A stretch of 64,000 nt of DNA from an uncultured Chloroflexia bacterium (GCA_963827475.1 CAWHAZ010000005.1:96001-160000); one strand, 5' to 3'. Numbered from the stretch's first letter, positions 33,263 through 44,128 are shown. The notes: a model not told the origin generated them from the letters alone. Numbers and translations: made by a program.

Positions 33263-36090
33263 GTGGAGGCGCAGCCCCTCACCGCGGTGCTCGTGGTCGG
33301 CCGAGAGGCCGAACGCACAGCGATCGATGCCTGGCTTGGCGAGGACCGTCCGGCGTCCCTGCTCATCAACGGCGAGGCCGGCATCGGCAAGAGCACGCTG
33401 TGGTCGTACGCGGTGGACCGAGCTGACCGATCGAGGGGATCGCATGCTGGCCTGGCGGGCAAGCAACGCCGAGCACGAGCTGGCCTTCGCCGCGCTGACC
33501 GGCACTCTTCGACGAACCGATGGTCCGTCCCGCTTGCTGGACCGCCTGCCCGACCCCGGCGGCGGGCGCTGGAGACCGCCATCGGTCGTGTCAGCCCGGA
33601 CCTCGCATCGGCCCGAGCCGAGCCTGGTCGGACTGGCCGTCGCCGACGTCCTGCGCATCCTTTCCGCGGAGGGCCCGGTGGTTGTGGCCATCGATGACGT
33701 GCAATGGACCGATGCGGCGAGCGCAGCAGGCCCTCGCCTTCGCCGCCCGCCGCCTCCGGGCCGAGCCGGTCGGGTTCGTCCTCGCTCGCCGAACCGGTCC
33801 GGGCGAGACCGCGGAGACCGGCCGAACCGATCTCGTTTCCACGGCGGTCGAACGACCCGAGCGGATGGACGTCGGGTCCACTGTCCGTGGGAGCGCTGGG
33901 CCGGCTCGTCCACGAGCGGCTGGGCGTGGCCCATCCCCGACCGCTGCTGGTTCGCCTTCACGAGGCCTGCTCTGGCAACCCGTTCCTGGGCCTCGGGAAT
34001 CAGCCGATCGCTCCAGGCTCGAGCGATGGAGCCGGCGCTGGGGGAGCCCTTCCCGGTCCCACCGCAGGCTGGAGCCGGTCGTCCGCGATCACCTCGCGGC
34101 GTTGAGCCGGGACGCCCGGCGGAGCGTGGTGATCGTGGCGATGTCGCCCGCGCCGAGCGTGGCCCTCGTCGAGCGGATCATCGGCGACGGTGGCGGCGGC
34201 GGCAGTCGACGAGGCGTGTGAGAAGGGTGTCCTGGTCGCCGACGGACCGCGCCTGCGGGCGGCCCACCCCTTGTTCACCTCGACCGCCTACGCCGATGCG
34301 CCGCCCGGCGAGCGGCGTGCGCTGCGGGCGGCACTGGCGGAGATCGCCGAGGATCCGGTCGAACGAGCCATTCACCTGGCGGCCATGGTCGACGGGCAGG
34401 ACGCGGGCGTGGCCGAGGCACTCGCCGCCGCGGGCAGAACCGCCTTCGCCCGCGGCGCACCGGCCATCGCCGCCGACCTGCTGGAGCGCTCGGCTCAGCA
34501 TGCGGTGGGGGTTGAGCAGCGGAGCATCGCGCTGATCGGGGCCGCGGACGCGGCCGTCGCGGCGGGGGACTACGACCGAGCAGCGACCAGTCTCCGGGCG
34601 GTGCTGGATACCGTCCCCCACGGGCGTCGGCGGGCGGAGGCGCTCCTGGCGCTGGGTGAGGTCGTCTACCTCGAGGACCCGAACGAAGCCCTCGTGCTCC
34701 TCGTTTCGGCCCTGGATCACACCGACGGGGATCCTCTGCTCGAGGCGTTGGTGCACTCGCACATTGCCGGCATGGCAGACATGGATCCCGGGGCGGCGCA
34801 GCGGAGCGCGCTGGCGGCGGTGGACATCCTCGAACGACCCGGCCTCGAGCCGGCGCAGGACCATCTGGCCTGCGCCCTGCTCGATCGGGCGTTTCATTGG
34901 CTGCTTGCCTGCGAGAAGGTTGCCGTGGACGACATCGATCGCGGCATCGGGCTGCGCAGCGGCTCCGGCGACTCGTTCGTGTCCCGGCGGGCCCAGGAGG
35001 TCGCCCACCGGTGCTCGTACCACCTCGGCCGACTCGACGACGCGATTGCGCTGGACCAGGCGGAGTACCGACGGCTCACCGATCTGGGGCAGGTGGGCCT
35101 TCTTCCGCCGATCATCCAGTCGCTGACCGGCGCTGCTGCTGATGACCGGCGACTGGGAGGCCGCCCGGCGGTACGCCCGGGAGTGCCACGACCTGGTGGA
35201 GCAGGGCGAAGAGGCCTGGCGCGAGCGATCCCTGACGATTGACGCGCATGTCGCCGCCTGGTCCGGGGACCTCGAGACGGCCCGCGCGATGGGGATGGAG
35301 GCCCTGACCAGGCAGGAGGCCACCGGCGACCTCTGGGAGGCGCACGATCTTCTGCGCCCTGCTGGGGTTCGTCGAGCTCTCCGCTTCCGACCACGTCGCG
35401 GCCCTCGCGGTACCTGACCCGCGCACTGGAGCACGCCGATGCGATCGAGGTCGCGCTCCCGTCCCAGTTCGGGTTCCTTGGCGACCTGGTCGAGGCGGCG
35501 GTGCTGTCGGGAGAGATCGACCTCGCCGAACAGGTGCTGCACGACCGCCTCGAGGAGCCGGCGAAACGCGTGCCCGCTGCCGTGGATCCTTGCCATGGCC
35601 GCGCGAGGCCGCGGCCTGGTGGCTGCCGGGCGGGGAGAGCTCGACGACGCGACCTCTTGCACCTCGACCGCGCCGAGGAGCTCTTTCGCGCCACGCTGGG
35701 GATGCCCTTCGAACGGGCCCGAACACGTGCTCGCTCGTGGCCAGGTCCATCGGCGGGCGGGGCAGCGCCGGAAGGCCCGCGAGGACATCGGGGCCGCCCT
35801 CGAGATCTTTCAGGCGCTCGGCGCGGCGGCTTGGACAGCACGAGCCGCCCAGGAGCTGGGGCGGCTCGGGGGCGCGCAGCCCCGCGGGGTCGACCCTCAC
35901 GGCCTCTGAGCTGGCAGTCGCCGAGCTGGCGTCCGCGGGTCGCTCGAACCGGGAGATCGCGGCGGAGCTGGTTGTGTCCGTCCGGACCGTCGAGAGCCAG
36001 CTGTCGGCCGCGTATCGGAAGCTCGATATCCAATCTCGCGGCCAGCTGGCCGCGGCCCTGGCCGCTTCCGGAGGCGCGACCGCCCCGTAG
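33263..36090 (+). CDS. LuxR-family large ATP-binding (LAL/MalT-like STAND) transcriptional regulator (many frameshifts)
   Basis: GEAGIGKSTLW, VAIDDVQWTD, GNPF, RAAHPL and a TPR-like region; C-terminal LTASELAVAELASAGRSNREIAAELVVSVRTVESQLSAAYRKL. Confidence 0.85.
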
Positions 36091-36102
36091 TCCGCGTGGC
36101 CT

Positions 36103-36153
36103 TCAAAGTTCCGTGGTTCCACGGATGCGACCGATGGACCTGCCACCTACGGT
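36103..36153 (+). promoter_or_regulatory. 27-bp motif plus TACGGT -10, copy 2
   Basis: TCAAAGTTCCGTGGTTCCACGGATGCG; TACGGT at 36148-36153, 6 nt before the GTG at 36160. Confidence 0.7.
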
Positions 36154-36159
36154 GCAGGG

Positions 36160-36546
36160 GTGGCCAACCCAAAGCGGCGCTTCTTCCTGGTCGAGCGGTA
36201 CATCCCGTCGATCAGCTCCAGCTCGGTGGAATCGGCCGCGCAGCGCCTGGCCGAAACGGCAGACGACTCGGCCCGCCACCTGATCACGCTCCTGGTGGCC
36301 GGCGAAGAGACGTGCCTTTCGGTCTTCGAGGCCGCAGACGCCCGCGCCGTGGAAGTTGCCAACGAACGCGCTGGTTTTGAGCTAGACCGGATCGTCGAGG
36401 TCGAGATGTTCGAGGCGACGCCCTGGCCGACCGAGATCAGACCCGCCCGATCGCGACCGAGATGCGAGCAGCGTCGCCGATCCGCTGCATATCGTTGTCC
36501 GACGGCGAATGCACCGCGGCAGACCGGCTCTGGCCCGGCGCACTGA
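36160..36546 (+). CDS. DUF4242/SCO4226-like small protein (true stop may be earlier)
   Basis: FLVERYIP...EETCLSVFEAADARAVEVANERAGFELDRIVE. Confidence 0.7.
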   Translation: MANPKRRFFLVERYIPSISSSSVESAAQRLAETADDSARHLITLLVAGEETCLSVFEAADARAVEVANERAGFELDRIVEVEMFEATPWPTEIRPARSRPRCEQRRRSAAYRCPTANAPRQTGSGPAH

Positions 36547-36562
36547 CAAGGAGACCCACACG

Positions 36563-37930
36563 ATGAGCTATGCCGTGACCAACCCCGCCACGGGCGAGAC
36601 GGTCAAGACCTACGACACCATCACCGACGCCGAGCTCGAGGCCGCGATCGCCGCAGCCGACGAAGCGCACCGCACCTGGTCGAAGTCGACCACGTTCGAG
36701 GAGCGCGCGGCCCTCATCCGCCGCGTCAGCGAACTGCACACGGAGCGCCGCCAGGAGCTGGCGGAGCTCATCGTGCGGGAGATGGGCAAGCCGATCGCGC
36801 AGGCGCTCGGCGAGGTCGACTTCGCCGCGGCAATCTACGAGTACTACGCCGACCACTGCTCGGCGGACTTCCTGAAGGACGAGCCGATCCAGCTCCTCGC
36901 GGGCGATGGCTCGGCGGTCATCCGCCGCTCGTCACTCGGGGTGCTGCTCGGCGTCATGCCGTGGAACTTCCCGTACTACCAGGTCGCCCGCTTCGCCGGC
37001 CCGAACCTCATCATCGGCAACACGGTCCTGCTCAAGCACGCCGCGCAGTGCCCCGAGTCCGCCGCCGCGATGCAGCAGATCTTCCTCGACGCGGGCTTCC
37101 CGGCCGGCGCCTACGTGAACATCTACGCCTCGCACGACCAGCTTGAGCGGGTCATCGCCGACCCGCGGGTGCAGGGCGTCTCGCTCACCGGCTCCGAGCG
37201 CGCCGGCGCCGCGGTCGCCGAGATCGCCGGTCGCCACCTGAAGAAGGTCGTGCTCGAGCTCGGCGGCTCGGACCCCTTCATCCTGCTCTCGACCGACGAC
37301 CTCGACGCCACGGTGCAGAACGCGGTCGACGCCCGCCTCGACAACAGCGGCCAGTCCTGCAACGCCGCCAAGCGCTTCATCGTCGCCGACGACCTGTACG
37401 AGCCGTTCCTCGAGAAGTTCACCGCGAAGATCGCCGCGATCGAGGCGACCGACCCGACGTCGGCCGAGGCGGCGCTCGGCCCGCTGTCCTCGCTGAAGGC
37501 CGCCGAGGGCCTCGACGAGCAGGTCAAGCGCGCGATCGAGCACGGCGCGACGCTCGTGCACGGCGGCACCCGCGACGGCGCGTTCTTCCAGACGACCGTG
37601 CTGACGGATGTCACCCCCGAGAACCCCGCCTCGAAGGAGGAGTTCTTCGGCCCGGTCGCGCAGGTGTACCGCGCAAAGGACGAGGCCGACGCCGTGCGCA
37701 TCGCGAACGACACCCCGTTCGGCTTGGGCTCGTACGTCTACACCACCGACCAGGAGCAGGCGCTCCGCGTCGCCGACGGCATCGAGGCCGGCATGGTGTT
37801 CGTGAACGTCGTGCTCGCCGACGGCGTCGAGCTGCCGTTCGGCGGCATCAAGCGCTCAGGCTCGGGCCGCGAGCTCGGCCGCTTCGGCGCCGACGAGTTC
37901 GTGAACAAGAAGATGATCCGCATCGGCTGA
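36563..37930 (+). CDS. gabD: NAD(P)-dependent succinate-semialdehyde dehydrogenase
   Basis: MPWNFPYYQVARF, LTGSERAG, LELGGSDP, NSGQSCNAAKRF and EEFFGPV; AAGGAG SD. Confidence 0.85.
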   Translation: MSYAVTNPATGETVKTYDTITDAELEAAIAAADEAHRTWSKSTTFEERAALIRRVSELHTERRQELAELIVREMGKPIAQALGEVDFAAAIYEYYADHCSADFLKDEPIQLLAGDGSAVIRRSSLGVLLGVMPWNFPYYQVARFAGPNLIIGNTVLLKHAAQCPESAAAMQQIFLDAGFPAGAYVNIYASHDQLERVIADPRVQGVSLTGSERAGAAVAEIAGRHLKKVVLELGGSDPFILLSTDDLDATVQNAVDARLDNSGQSCNAAKRFIVADDLYEPFLEKFTAKIAAIEATDPTSAEAALGPLSSLKAAEGLDEQVKRAIEHGATLVHGGTRDGAFFQTTVLTDVTPENPASKEEFFGPVAQVYRAKDEADAVRIANDTPFGLGSYVYTTDQEQALRVADGIEAGMVFVNVVLADGVELPFGGIKRSGSGRELGRFGADEFVNKKMIRIG

Positions 37931-37934
37931 CGCC

Positions 37935-37954
37935 CGGACCCCACGTGGGGTCCG
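37935..37954. terminator. Perfect 20-bp palindrome between convergent genes (probable terminator hairpin)
   Basis: CGGACCCCACGTGGGGTCCG; no U-tract. Confidence 0.5.
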
Positions 37955-37981
37955 CGTCCCCAGATCGTCCGCCCTCCGAAC

Positions 37982-39102
37982 TCAGCCGGCGCTGAGTGGC
38001 AGCGTGAAGCGGAGGGTGGTGCCGCGGCCCGGTTCGGAGGTGGCGGTCAGGGTGCCGCCGTGGGCCTCGACCAGGTCACGGGCGATGGGGAGGCCGAGGC
38101 CGCTCCCCGGGGAGTCGGGCGATCGGTAGAACCGGTCGAAGATGTGGTCCAGTTCTTCGGGAGTCATGCCGCTCCCGGTGTCGCGGACGGTGACCTCGAC
38201 CACCCCTCCGGCCACTCGAGCGGCCAGGTCCACGCTGCCGCCGGACGGCGTGTGACGGAGGGCATTGGCGAGCAGGTTCGAGACCACTTCGCGGATCCGC
38301 GCTGGATCGACGTCCATCACCGGGACGGCCTCGGCCACCGAGACGATGAGCTGGATGCCGGCGGCATCGGCCTGACCGCGGTACCCCGCGGCGACATCGG
38401 GGAGCAGCGTGCCCAGGTCGGTGGGCTCGCGATGGAGGACAAGGCGGCCGGCCTCCGCCAGGGTGAGCGTGCGGAGGTCTTCGATCAGCCGCTCCATGAC
38501 GCGCGCCTCCTCGAGGATGGGCTCGAGGTGCTCGCGATCGGCCGGGATAGACGCCGTCGATCAGCGCTTCGACGTTGCCCTGGATCACGGTGAGCGGAGT
38601 GCGCAGCTCATGCGAGACGTCGGCGAGGGTCGACTGACGTTGCTGCTCGATCTCCTCGAGCCGGGCGCTCATCGAGTTGAAGGCGCGGGCGAGGTGGCGG
38701 ACCTCGCGAGGGCCCGCGCTCCGGCACGCGTGTGCTGAAGTCACCGGCTTCGACTCGGCCGGACGCCTCGATGAGGTCGCCGACGGGAACCGCCGCGCGA
38801 CGCACCGCCCGCGCGATACCGGATAGCAGGAACAGAACGAAGATCCCGAGGAGGACGACCGCCACCCACGGCGGGTCCCCGCTGGTGACGGCCCCGATCA
38901 CCCAGGACAGCAGCGCGAAGAACGCCACCACCAGGATGACGAAGAAGAAGAAGCCGCAGCCGACGCGCCACATGAAGTGGCCGCGCACCTCCGACGAGCG
39001 CTCCGTGTCCGGCGGCGGCCAGGCCTCGTCCTCCGGCCACCACGGAGGTCGGTGGCGTCCATAGCCATGGCGGCGGTGCCGGTTGTGTCCCCAGTCAGAC
39101 AT
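37982..39102 (-). CDS. HAMP-domain sensor histidine kinase (frameshifts near 38715 and 38545)
   Basis: Two TM helices, HAMP, ADVSHELRTPL, NLLANALRHT, DTGSG and GSGLGL. Confidence 0.9.
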
Positions 39103-39781
39103 CGGCCAGCCGGTAGCCGACCCCGTACACCGTGAGCAGGTAGCGCGGGGACCGCGGATCCGGCTCGAGCTTGCGACGGATGTTCTTCACGTGGGCGTCG
39201 ATGGCCCGCTCGTAGGACTCGAGGGCATCGCCCTGGACGGCGTCCAGGAGCTGGGACCGGGTGAAGACACGGCCCGGCTGTCGGGCGAGGGTGGCGAGAA
39301 GCCGGAACTCGGTCGCGGTCAACGCCACCGTCCGTCCGTCAACCTCCGCACGCAGCCGAGGCATGTCGAGGACCAGGTCCCCGGCGCGAACCACGTCGGC
39401 CTCCAGGTCGCCGGCCTGACGGCGGATGACGGCGCGGACTCGCGCGGTCAGCTCGCGCGGGCTGAAGGGCTTGGTGACGTAGTCGTCCGCCCCCAGCTCC
39501 AGGCCGACCACCTTGTCCGTCTCGTCGTCGCGGGCGGTGAGCATGATGATCGGGACACCGGAATCGCGACGGAGTCGGCGGGTCACTTCCAGCCCGTCGA
39601 GCTCCGGCAGGCCGAGGTCGAGGACGATGAGGTCGGGCCGATCCTGGTGGGCGCGCATGAGCGCCTCGGGCCCGGTCCGCGCGGTGGAAACCGCGAAACC
39701 CGCCCGCTCCAGGTAGTCGCGGACGAGCTGGACGATTCTGGGCTCGTCGTCGACGACGAGGACCCGCGCCATGTCCGGCAT
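39095..39781 (-). CDS. OmpR-family response regulator
   Basis: VLVVDDEP, VLDLGLP, GADDYVTKPF and LLTVYGVGYR. Confidence 0.95.
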   Translation of the reverse strand: MPDMARVLVVDDEPRIVQLVRDYLERAGFAVSTARTGPEALMRAHQDRPDLIVLDLGLPELDGLEVTRRLRRDSGVPIIMLTARDDETDKVVGLELGADDYVTKPFSPRELTARVRAVIRRQAGDLEADVVRAGDLVLDMPRLRAEVDGRTVALTATEFRLLATLARQPGRVFTRSQLLDAVQGDALESYERAIDAHVKNIRRKLEPDPRSPRYLLTVYGVGYRLADV

Positions 39782-39832
39782 GGTAGTCGGGCGAGCGGCG
39801 TCCGCCGCTCGCCCGCATCGGTCCGTGGAGGT

Positions 39833-40270
39833 CTACGCCTTGTCCGGGGCTGGCTTGCCCGGAGCGTTGCCCGGTGGTGCTTCTGGGGCATCGGGCGCGT
39901 CCGGCACCTCGCCATGGAGCTCGCGATGCCACTCCTCGAAGTAGTCACGGCGGCCACGGCGGTGATCCGAGCCATACCGGCTGTAGCGGTAGTCACCCCA
40001 GCCGTGATGCCGGCCCCCGTGGCCCCAGCCGAAGGCGGCGCGGAACAGGCCGAAGATCAGGCCGAAGAACAGGAACAGGAAGAACAGGCCGAAGATGAAC
40101 CCGAAGATCCCGCCGACCCATCCCATGTCCCACGGCTGTCCGACGTACGGCGGCAGACCGGCATCGGTCCCCATCCCAGCCGAGACCCCGGCGTTGTAGA
40201 TGCCGACCCCGACCGCGGCCAGCAGGCCGACGGCCAGCAGGAAGGCCAGGAAGCGAAGGAACCCGGACAT
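39833..40270 (-). CDS. Hypothetical membrane protein upstream of the two-component system
   Basis: Two hydrophobic segments and FEEWHRELH; GAGGAG SD upstream. Confidence 0.75.
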   Translation of the reverse strand: MSGFLRFLAFLLAVGLLAAVGVGIYNAGVSAGMGTDAGLPPYVGQPWDMGWVGGIFGFIFGLFFLFLFFGLIFGLFRAAFGWGHGGRHHGWGDYRYSRYGSDHRRGRRDYFEEWHRELHGEVPDAPDAPEAPPGNAPGKPAPDKA

Positions 40271-40407
40271 TGATTGAGACTCCTCATGTGTTCGGACCGA
40301 TGTCTACGGTCCACTCGAGAGGCAGCCTGAGCCCGAGTTATGGGTGAATTGTGAACGCCGAATGGAGAACCCGAGCGACGATCAACCCTCGCGCGGTGGG
40401 GAGGGGG

Positions 40408-40665
40408 TCACTCCCGCTCGTTCCGCAGCCAGTCGCACTGGGGGCACTTCGGATCGCGGCTATCCACGGAAACACGGAGGCCCAGGACCAGCTCCTCCCG
40501 GCCGCACAGGGACAGTGAGCCGATGTTGTCGTTGGTCCTCGGGTACGCGTGGGCCCACCTCGTCCCAATCCATCGGACCTTCGCTCCCTTGGGGAGGATC
40601 GCCACTCCACGGCGGGGAGCCGAGGTGACCAGGCCACTCGGGCGGTTGGTGATGGAGGAAATCAT
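40408..40665 (-). CDS. Small putative zinc-binding protein
   Basis: WAHAY...SLCG...KCPQC; purine-rich SD-like sequence upstream; divergent from TetR. Confidence 0.5.
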   Translation of the reverse strand: MISSITNRPSGLVTSAPRRGVAILPKGAKVRWIGTRWAHAYPRTNDNIGSLSLCGREELVLGLRVSVDSRDPKCPQCDWLRNERE

Positions 40666-40737
40666 GGTGCAGGTGCCCTTCTCGCGGTTTCAGCCGCGAA
40701 TGCGTGAGGTGTCGTTAGGTGTAGTATGTCACATTCC

Positions 40738-40757
40738 TATACTGTCTGTCTAGTATA
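40738..40757. promoter_or_regulatory. Candidate TetR operator
   Basis: TATACT-N8-AGTATA inverted repeat in the AT-rich divergent intergenic region, just upstream of the TAGAAT -10 of tetR. Confidence 0.6.
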
Positions 40758-40778
40758 TGAACCGGGTAGAATAGCCGC

Positions 40779-41369
40779 ATGCCGACTGCTGTCGCAGCCA
40801 GGGGGCGTCCGCGCGATCCGACCGTCGACAAGCGGGTTCTCCGCGCGACCGTCGCGATCCTCCGAGAGCGCGGCGTCGCAGGTACCACCGTCAATGCCGT
40901 GGCCCGCCGAGCGGGCGTCGCGCGGGCCTCGATCTACCTCCGCTACCCAAGCCGGGATCGCCTCATCACGGCGGCCATCCGTGCCGCCATCGGTCGCGAG
41001 CCAATCCTGGCCAGCGGAGACCTCGAGCGGGACATCCGCCGAACTGCCGAGCAGGCGCGCGCCATCTTCTCGTCGCGGCAGCTCCAGCGGCTGCTGCCCC
41101 CCCTGATCGAAGGTCTGCTCCAGCCGCGGAACTCCCCGACCGCCCTCAGTTACGACATCCTCGCCCCGAATCGCCGCGTGCTCGTAAACGAGTATCGCGA
41201 GCTGGCCTCGGCGACCGGATTCCGGACCGATGTCGATCCGGAGACGGTGTTCGACCAGATCGTCGGCCCGATCCTGAACCGACTGCTCGTCACCGGCACC
41301 GCCCCGGCGGCCGACGAGGTCGATGCATTGGTGGACGTGCTCATCAAGGGACTCCGCGCTCGGGGCTAG
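40779..41369 (+). CDS. TetR/AcrR family regulator
   Basis: RGRPRD...GTTVNAVARRAGVARASIYLRYPSR. Confidence 0.92.
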   Translation: MPTAVAARGRPRDPTVDKRVLRATVAILRERGVAGTTVNAVARRAGVARASIYLRYPSRDRLITAAIRAAIGREPILASGDLERDIRRTAEQARAIFSSRQLQRLLPPLIEGLLQPRNSPTALSYDILAPNRRVLVNEYRELASATGFRTDVDPETVFDQIVGPILNRLLVTGTAPAADEVDALVDVLIKGLRARG

Positions 41370-41401
41370 TCCGCCCACCACTGCCTGTACCGTACGCAGC
41401 C

Positions 41402-43504
41402 GTGATGACTCGATGGCTCGAGGGCGTCAGCGCGCTGGGGATCGCGGCCATCCTGGTCGGCATCTGGATGCTGAATGGGACGCAACTCGAGTCGAGCTGG
41501 ACCGGGGCGCTCGAGGGCGTGGTGAGCCAGCTTCCGGTCACGCTTCCGGCGACGCTGGCGGTCCTGTTCGCCACGGCAGTTCAGATCGTCGCGGGAGCCG
41601 TCGTCGTGCGAGCGTTGAGGGGGCGTCCGTACCGCTCGGTTATCGACGCGTTACTCGGCGGCCTGGTTGGGGCCGTGGTCATCGGCCTGGTCTGCCTGAT
41701 GCTATTGGGCAGCCTCGGCTGGTTCGTGGCGCCGGCGCTGGTGGTGGTGAACGGCGTCGTCATCGGTCTGGGCTGGTTCGTCCGGCCGTGGTTCGCCGAG
41801 CCGACGAGGCTGAAGGTCGGGCGGGCGACGGTGGCCGGGGCGCTGGTCGTCTTGGCGTGGTCGGGCGCGGTGATCCTGCAGCTCGCGTCGCCGGTGGTGC
41901 CGTTCATCGACGTCCTGCCCAATCACGTGGCGCCGGCCCAGCATCTCGCCACGTTCGGCGCGTTCGACGTCCTGACCACCGCCCCGTCGCCCATCTACGG
42001 ACCATCGCGGATGTTCCTTGGCTATACCGGGCTGCTGGGAACGGTCACCGTCCTGAGCGGGCAGCCGGCGGGACTGGCCGTGTCGGCCGTCATCCTGCCG
42101 GCGGCGGTCCTGGTGGGGGCAGGGATGGCCCGCCTCGCGTCCACGATCCACGGCGTCGGAGTGGGCTGGTGGATGCTCATCGCCTTCGTGCTGACCGAGT
42201 CGTTCGCCCGGATGGCCGACGCGCGGGCCACGGTCATCGTCCTGGCGCTGACCGCGTTCTGCCTGGTCGAGCTGCTCGAGGGCGACGAGCGGGCCAAGCC
42301 GCTCACCCTGGCCGTGGCGCTGGGCGCGACCCTCTTCTTCCATCCGCTGATCGGGCTCATGACCGCGGCCGTGGTCGGTGGCATGGTTGCCGTCCAGCCG
42401 GATCGGCATGCCCGCCTCGGCGTTCCGGCCCTGATCGGTGGCGCGATCCTCGCCCTGCCGCAGGCGGCGACCATGGTCGGGCTGGGCCTTCCATCAGCGC
42501 TCGGCCTGGTCGTGGTGCCGCCGGCGATCGGCGCGGTGTGGCTCTTCGACCGATGGGACGCCGGGCGTCGGTGGTTCGCCTTCGGCATCCGGTGGGCAGC
42601 GATCGCTGCCGTCGTGCTCGTGGTCGTCGCCGCGCTGCCGTCCGCCGATCGGTGGATGAGCACCTTCTCCGGCTTCTTCCTCGACTACCCGGTGCTGGTC
42701 CTGACCGTCCTCGTGGCCGGGGCCGTGGCCGGTCGGCGGACATTCGCCGCCGTGCCGGTGCTGGCCTTCGGCATCGGTCTGCTGGCGGTTCTGGCCGCGG
42801 CCGCCGTTCCGTGGCAGGCGCTGGGGATCGAGGGCATCGACTTCGAGGTCACGAAGACGCTCCACTACTGGGTGCCGGTGTTCCTCGCCGTCATGGCGGC
42901 CTACGCGCTCCGGGCGGTGTGGATGCGGCCGGACCTGGTGGAGTGGACCCGGGTCGTGGCCATCGGTCTGTTCCTCATCCTGGCGGCGCTCCCGTTGCGC
43001 GCCACCCCCATCGACGCCTTCCACCTGGGCGAGCATCGGATGAGCGAGACGCTCTCGATCGACCTGCGCTTTGCGCAAACTGGGTTCTGGCTGGGCTACC
43101 CCGACGCCAGGACGGTGATCAACGCGGAGCAGCAGGAGCTGGTTGGCCGGCTGCGGGACGAGGTGACCGCCGGCCTGCTCGAGTCGACCACGCCGGTCCT
43201 CCACGTGGCCTTCAACTTCCAGCAGTGGGATGCGACCCCGGTGGGGGTGTTCGGGGGCATGATCGAGACGATGGTCTCGATCGAGACCGAGGTCAGCAGC
43301 CACACGGCGGGTGGTCGGCTCCACCCCTTCACCGACCTCGAACCGATGCTTCAGGAAGCGTTTCCGTACGTCCTATTGGAGCCCGAGGGACTCCCACCCG
43401 AGACCCGGGACCTGGTTCTGGCGGCGGGCTTCGAATCGATCTTTGCGAATGGACAGGGGGAGATTCTTGTGCGGTCTGGTGAGGTGGCAACCGGCAGCCG
43501 ATAG
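41402..43504 (+). CDS. Large polytopic membrane protein (possibly GT-C-fold glycosyltransferase-like)
   Basis: Many TM segments; loop motif PFIDVLPNH; soluble C-terminal domain. Confidence 0.7.
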   Translation: MMTRWLEGVSALGIAAILVGIWMLNGTQLESSWTGALEGVVSQLPVTLPATLAVLFATAVQIVAGAVVVRALRGRPYRSVIDALLGGLVGAVVIGLVCLMLLGSLGWFVAPALVVVNGVVIGLGWFVRPWFAEPTRLKVGRATVAGALVVLAWSGAVILQLASPVVPFIDVLPNHVAPAQHLATFGAFDVLTTAPSPIYGPSRMFLGYTGLLGTVTVLSGQPAGLAVSAVILPAAVLVGAGMARLASTIHGVGVGWWMLIAFVLTESFARMADARATVIVLALTAFCLVELLEGDERAKPLTLAVALGATLFFHPLIGLMTAAVVGGMVAVQPDRHARLGVPALIGGAILALPQAATMVGLGLPSALGLVVVPPAIGAVWLFDRWDAGRRWFAFGIRWAAIAAVVLVVVAALPSADRWMSTFSGFFLDYPVLVLTVLVAGAVAGRRTFAAVPVLAFGIGLLAVLAAAAVPWQALGIEGIDFEVTKTLHYWVPVFLAVMAAYALRAVWMRPDLVEWTRVVAIGLFLILAALPLRATPIDAFHLGEHRMSETLSIDLRFAQTGFWLGYPDARTVINAEQQELVGRLRDEVTAGLLESTTPVLHVAFNFQQWDATPVGVFGGMIETMVSIETEVSSHTAGGRLHPFTDLEPMLQEAFPYVLLEPEGLPPETRDLVLAAGFESIFANGQGEILVRSGEVATGSR

Positions 43505-43522
43505 GACTACGATCCATCCCCC

Positions 43523-44041
43523 GTGACCGACGATCTGCTCGACGCCTACCGCATTCTCCAGGTCGATCCGCGCGCGGAGGACTTCATCCTCGAGGCCGCC
43601 TTCCGCGCCCTCGCCCGCCGATTCCACCCGGATGGCGAGATGCCGGATGCGAACCGGATGGCAGAGATCAACCGCGCCTACGAGCTGGTCCGGACGGCGG
43701 AGCGGCGCAAGCGGTATGACCGCCTCCACCACCTCCGACCCGTGGGCCCCGGTGGGGTGGGGGAGTCACCGAGCCTGGCCGCGCAGGCTTTTGGCGGGCG
43801 CGTGCCGCCGCCGAGCAACGGCCCCGGCGGGCCGACGGCGGCCGACAACCCGATGTACATGACCGTCGACTTCGGCCGCTACGCCGGCTGGACCCTGAAG
43901 GACCTCCTCCGCCACGACCCGGATTACCTGCGGTGGCTGTACCGCCATTCGTCCGGCGTTCGCTATCGGTACCAGATCGCGCGAATGCTCCCGGACGTGA
44001 ATCCGGAGGAGTCCCTCACGGCGAAGCGCAACAAGTACTGA
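43523..44041 (+). CDS. J-domain protein with a C-terminal FGxYxG..DPDYLRWL domain, copy 1
   Basis: YRILQV...ARRFHPD...INRAYELV...YD; DFGRYAGWTLKDLLRHDPDYLRWL. Confidence 0.85.
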   Translation: MTDDLLDAYRILQVDPRAEDFILEAAFRALARRFHPDGEMPDANRMAEINRAYELVRTAERRKRYDRLHHLRPVGPGGVGESPSLAAQAFGGRVPPPSNGPGGPTAADNPMYMTVDFGRYAGWTLKDLLRHDPDYLRWLYRHSSGVRYRYQIARMLPDVNPEESLTAKRNKY

Positions 44042-44073
44042 GGTCGCCCCACCCGATCGGCCCGGCTGACAGG

Positions 44074-44095
44074 AACCTTGCAATCCTGCAAGGTT
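44074..44095. promoter_or_regulatory. Perfect inverted repeat between the J-domain genes
   Basis: AACCTTGCA-ATCC-TGCAAGGTT. Confidence 0.45.
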
Positions 44096-44128
44096 GCGTT
44101 CGCTGATGGAACCCCCACGGGTCAGGGG

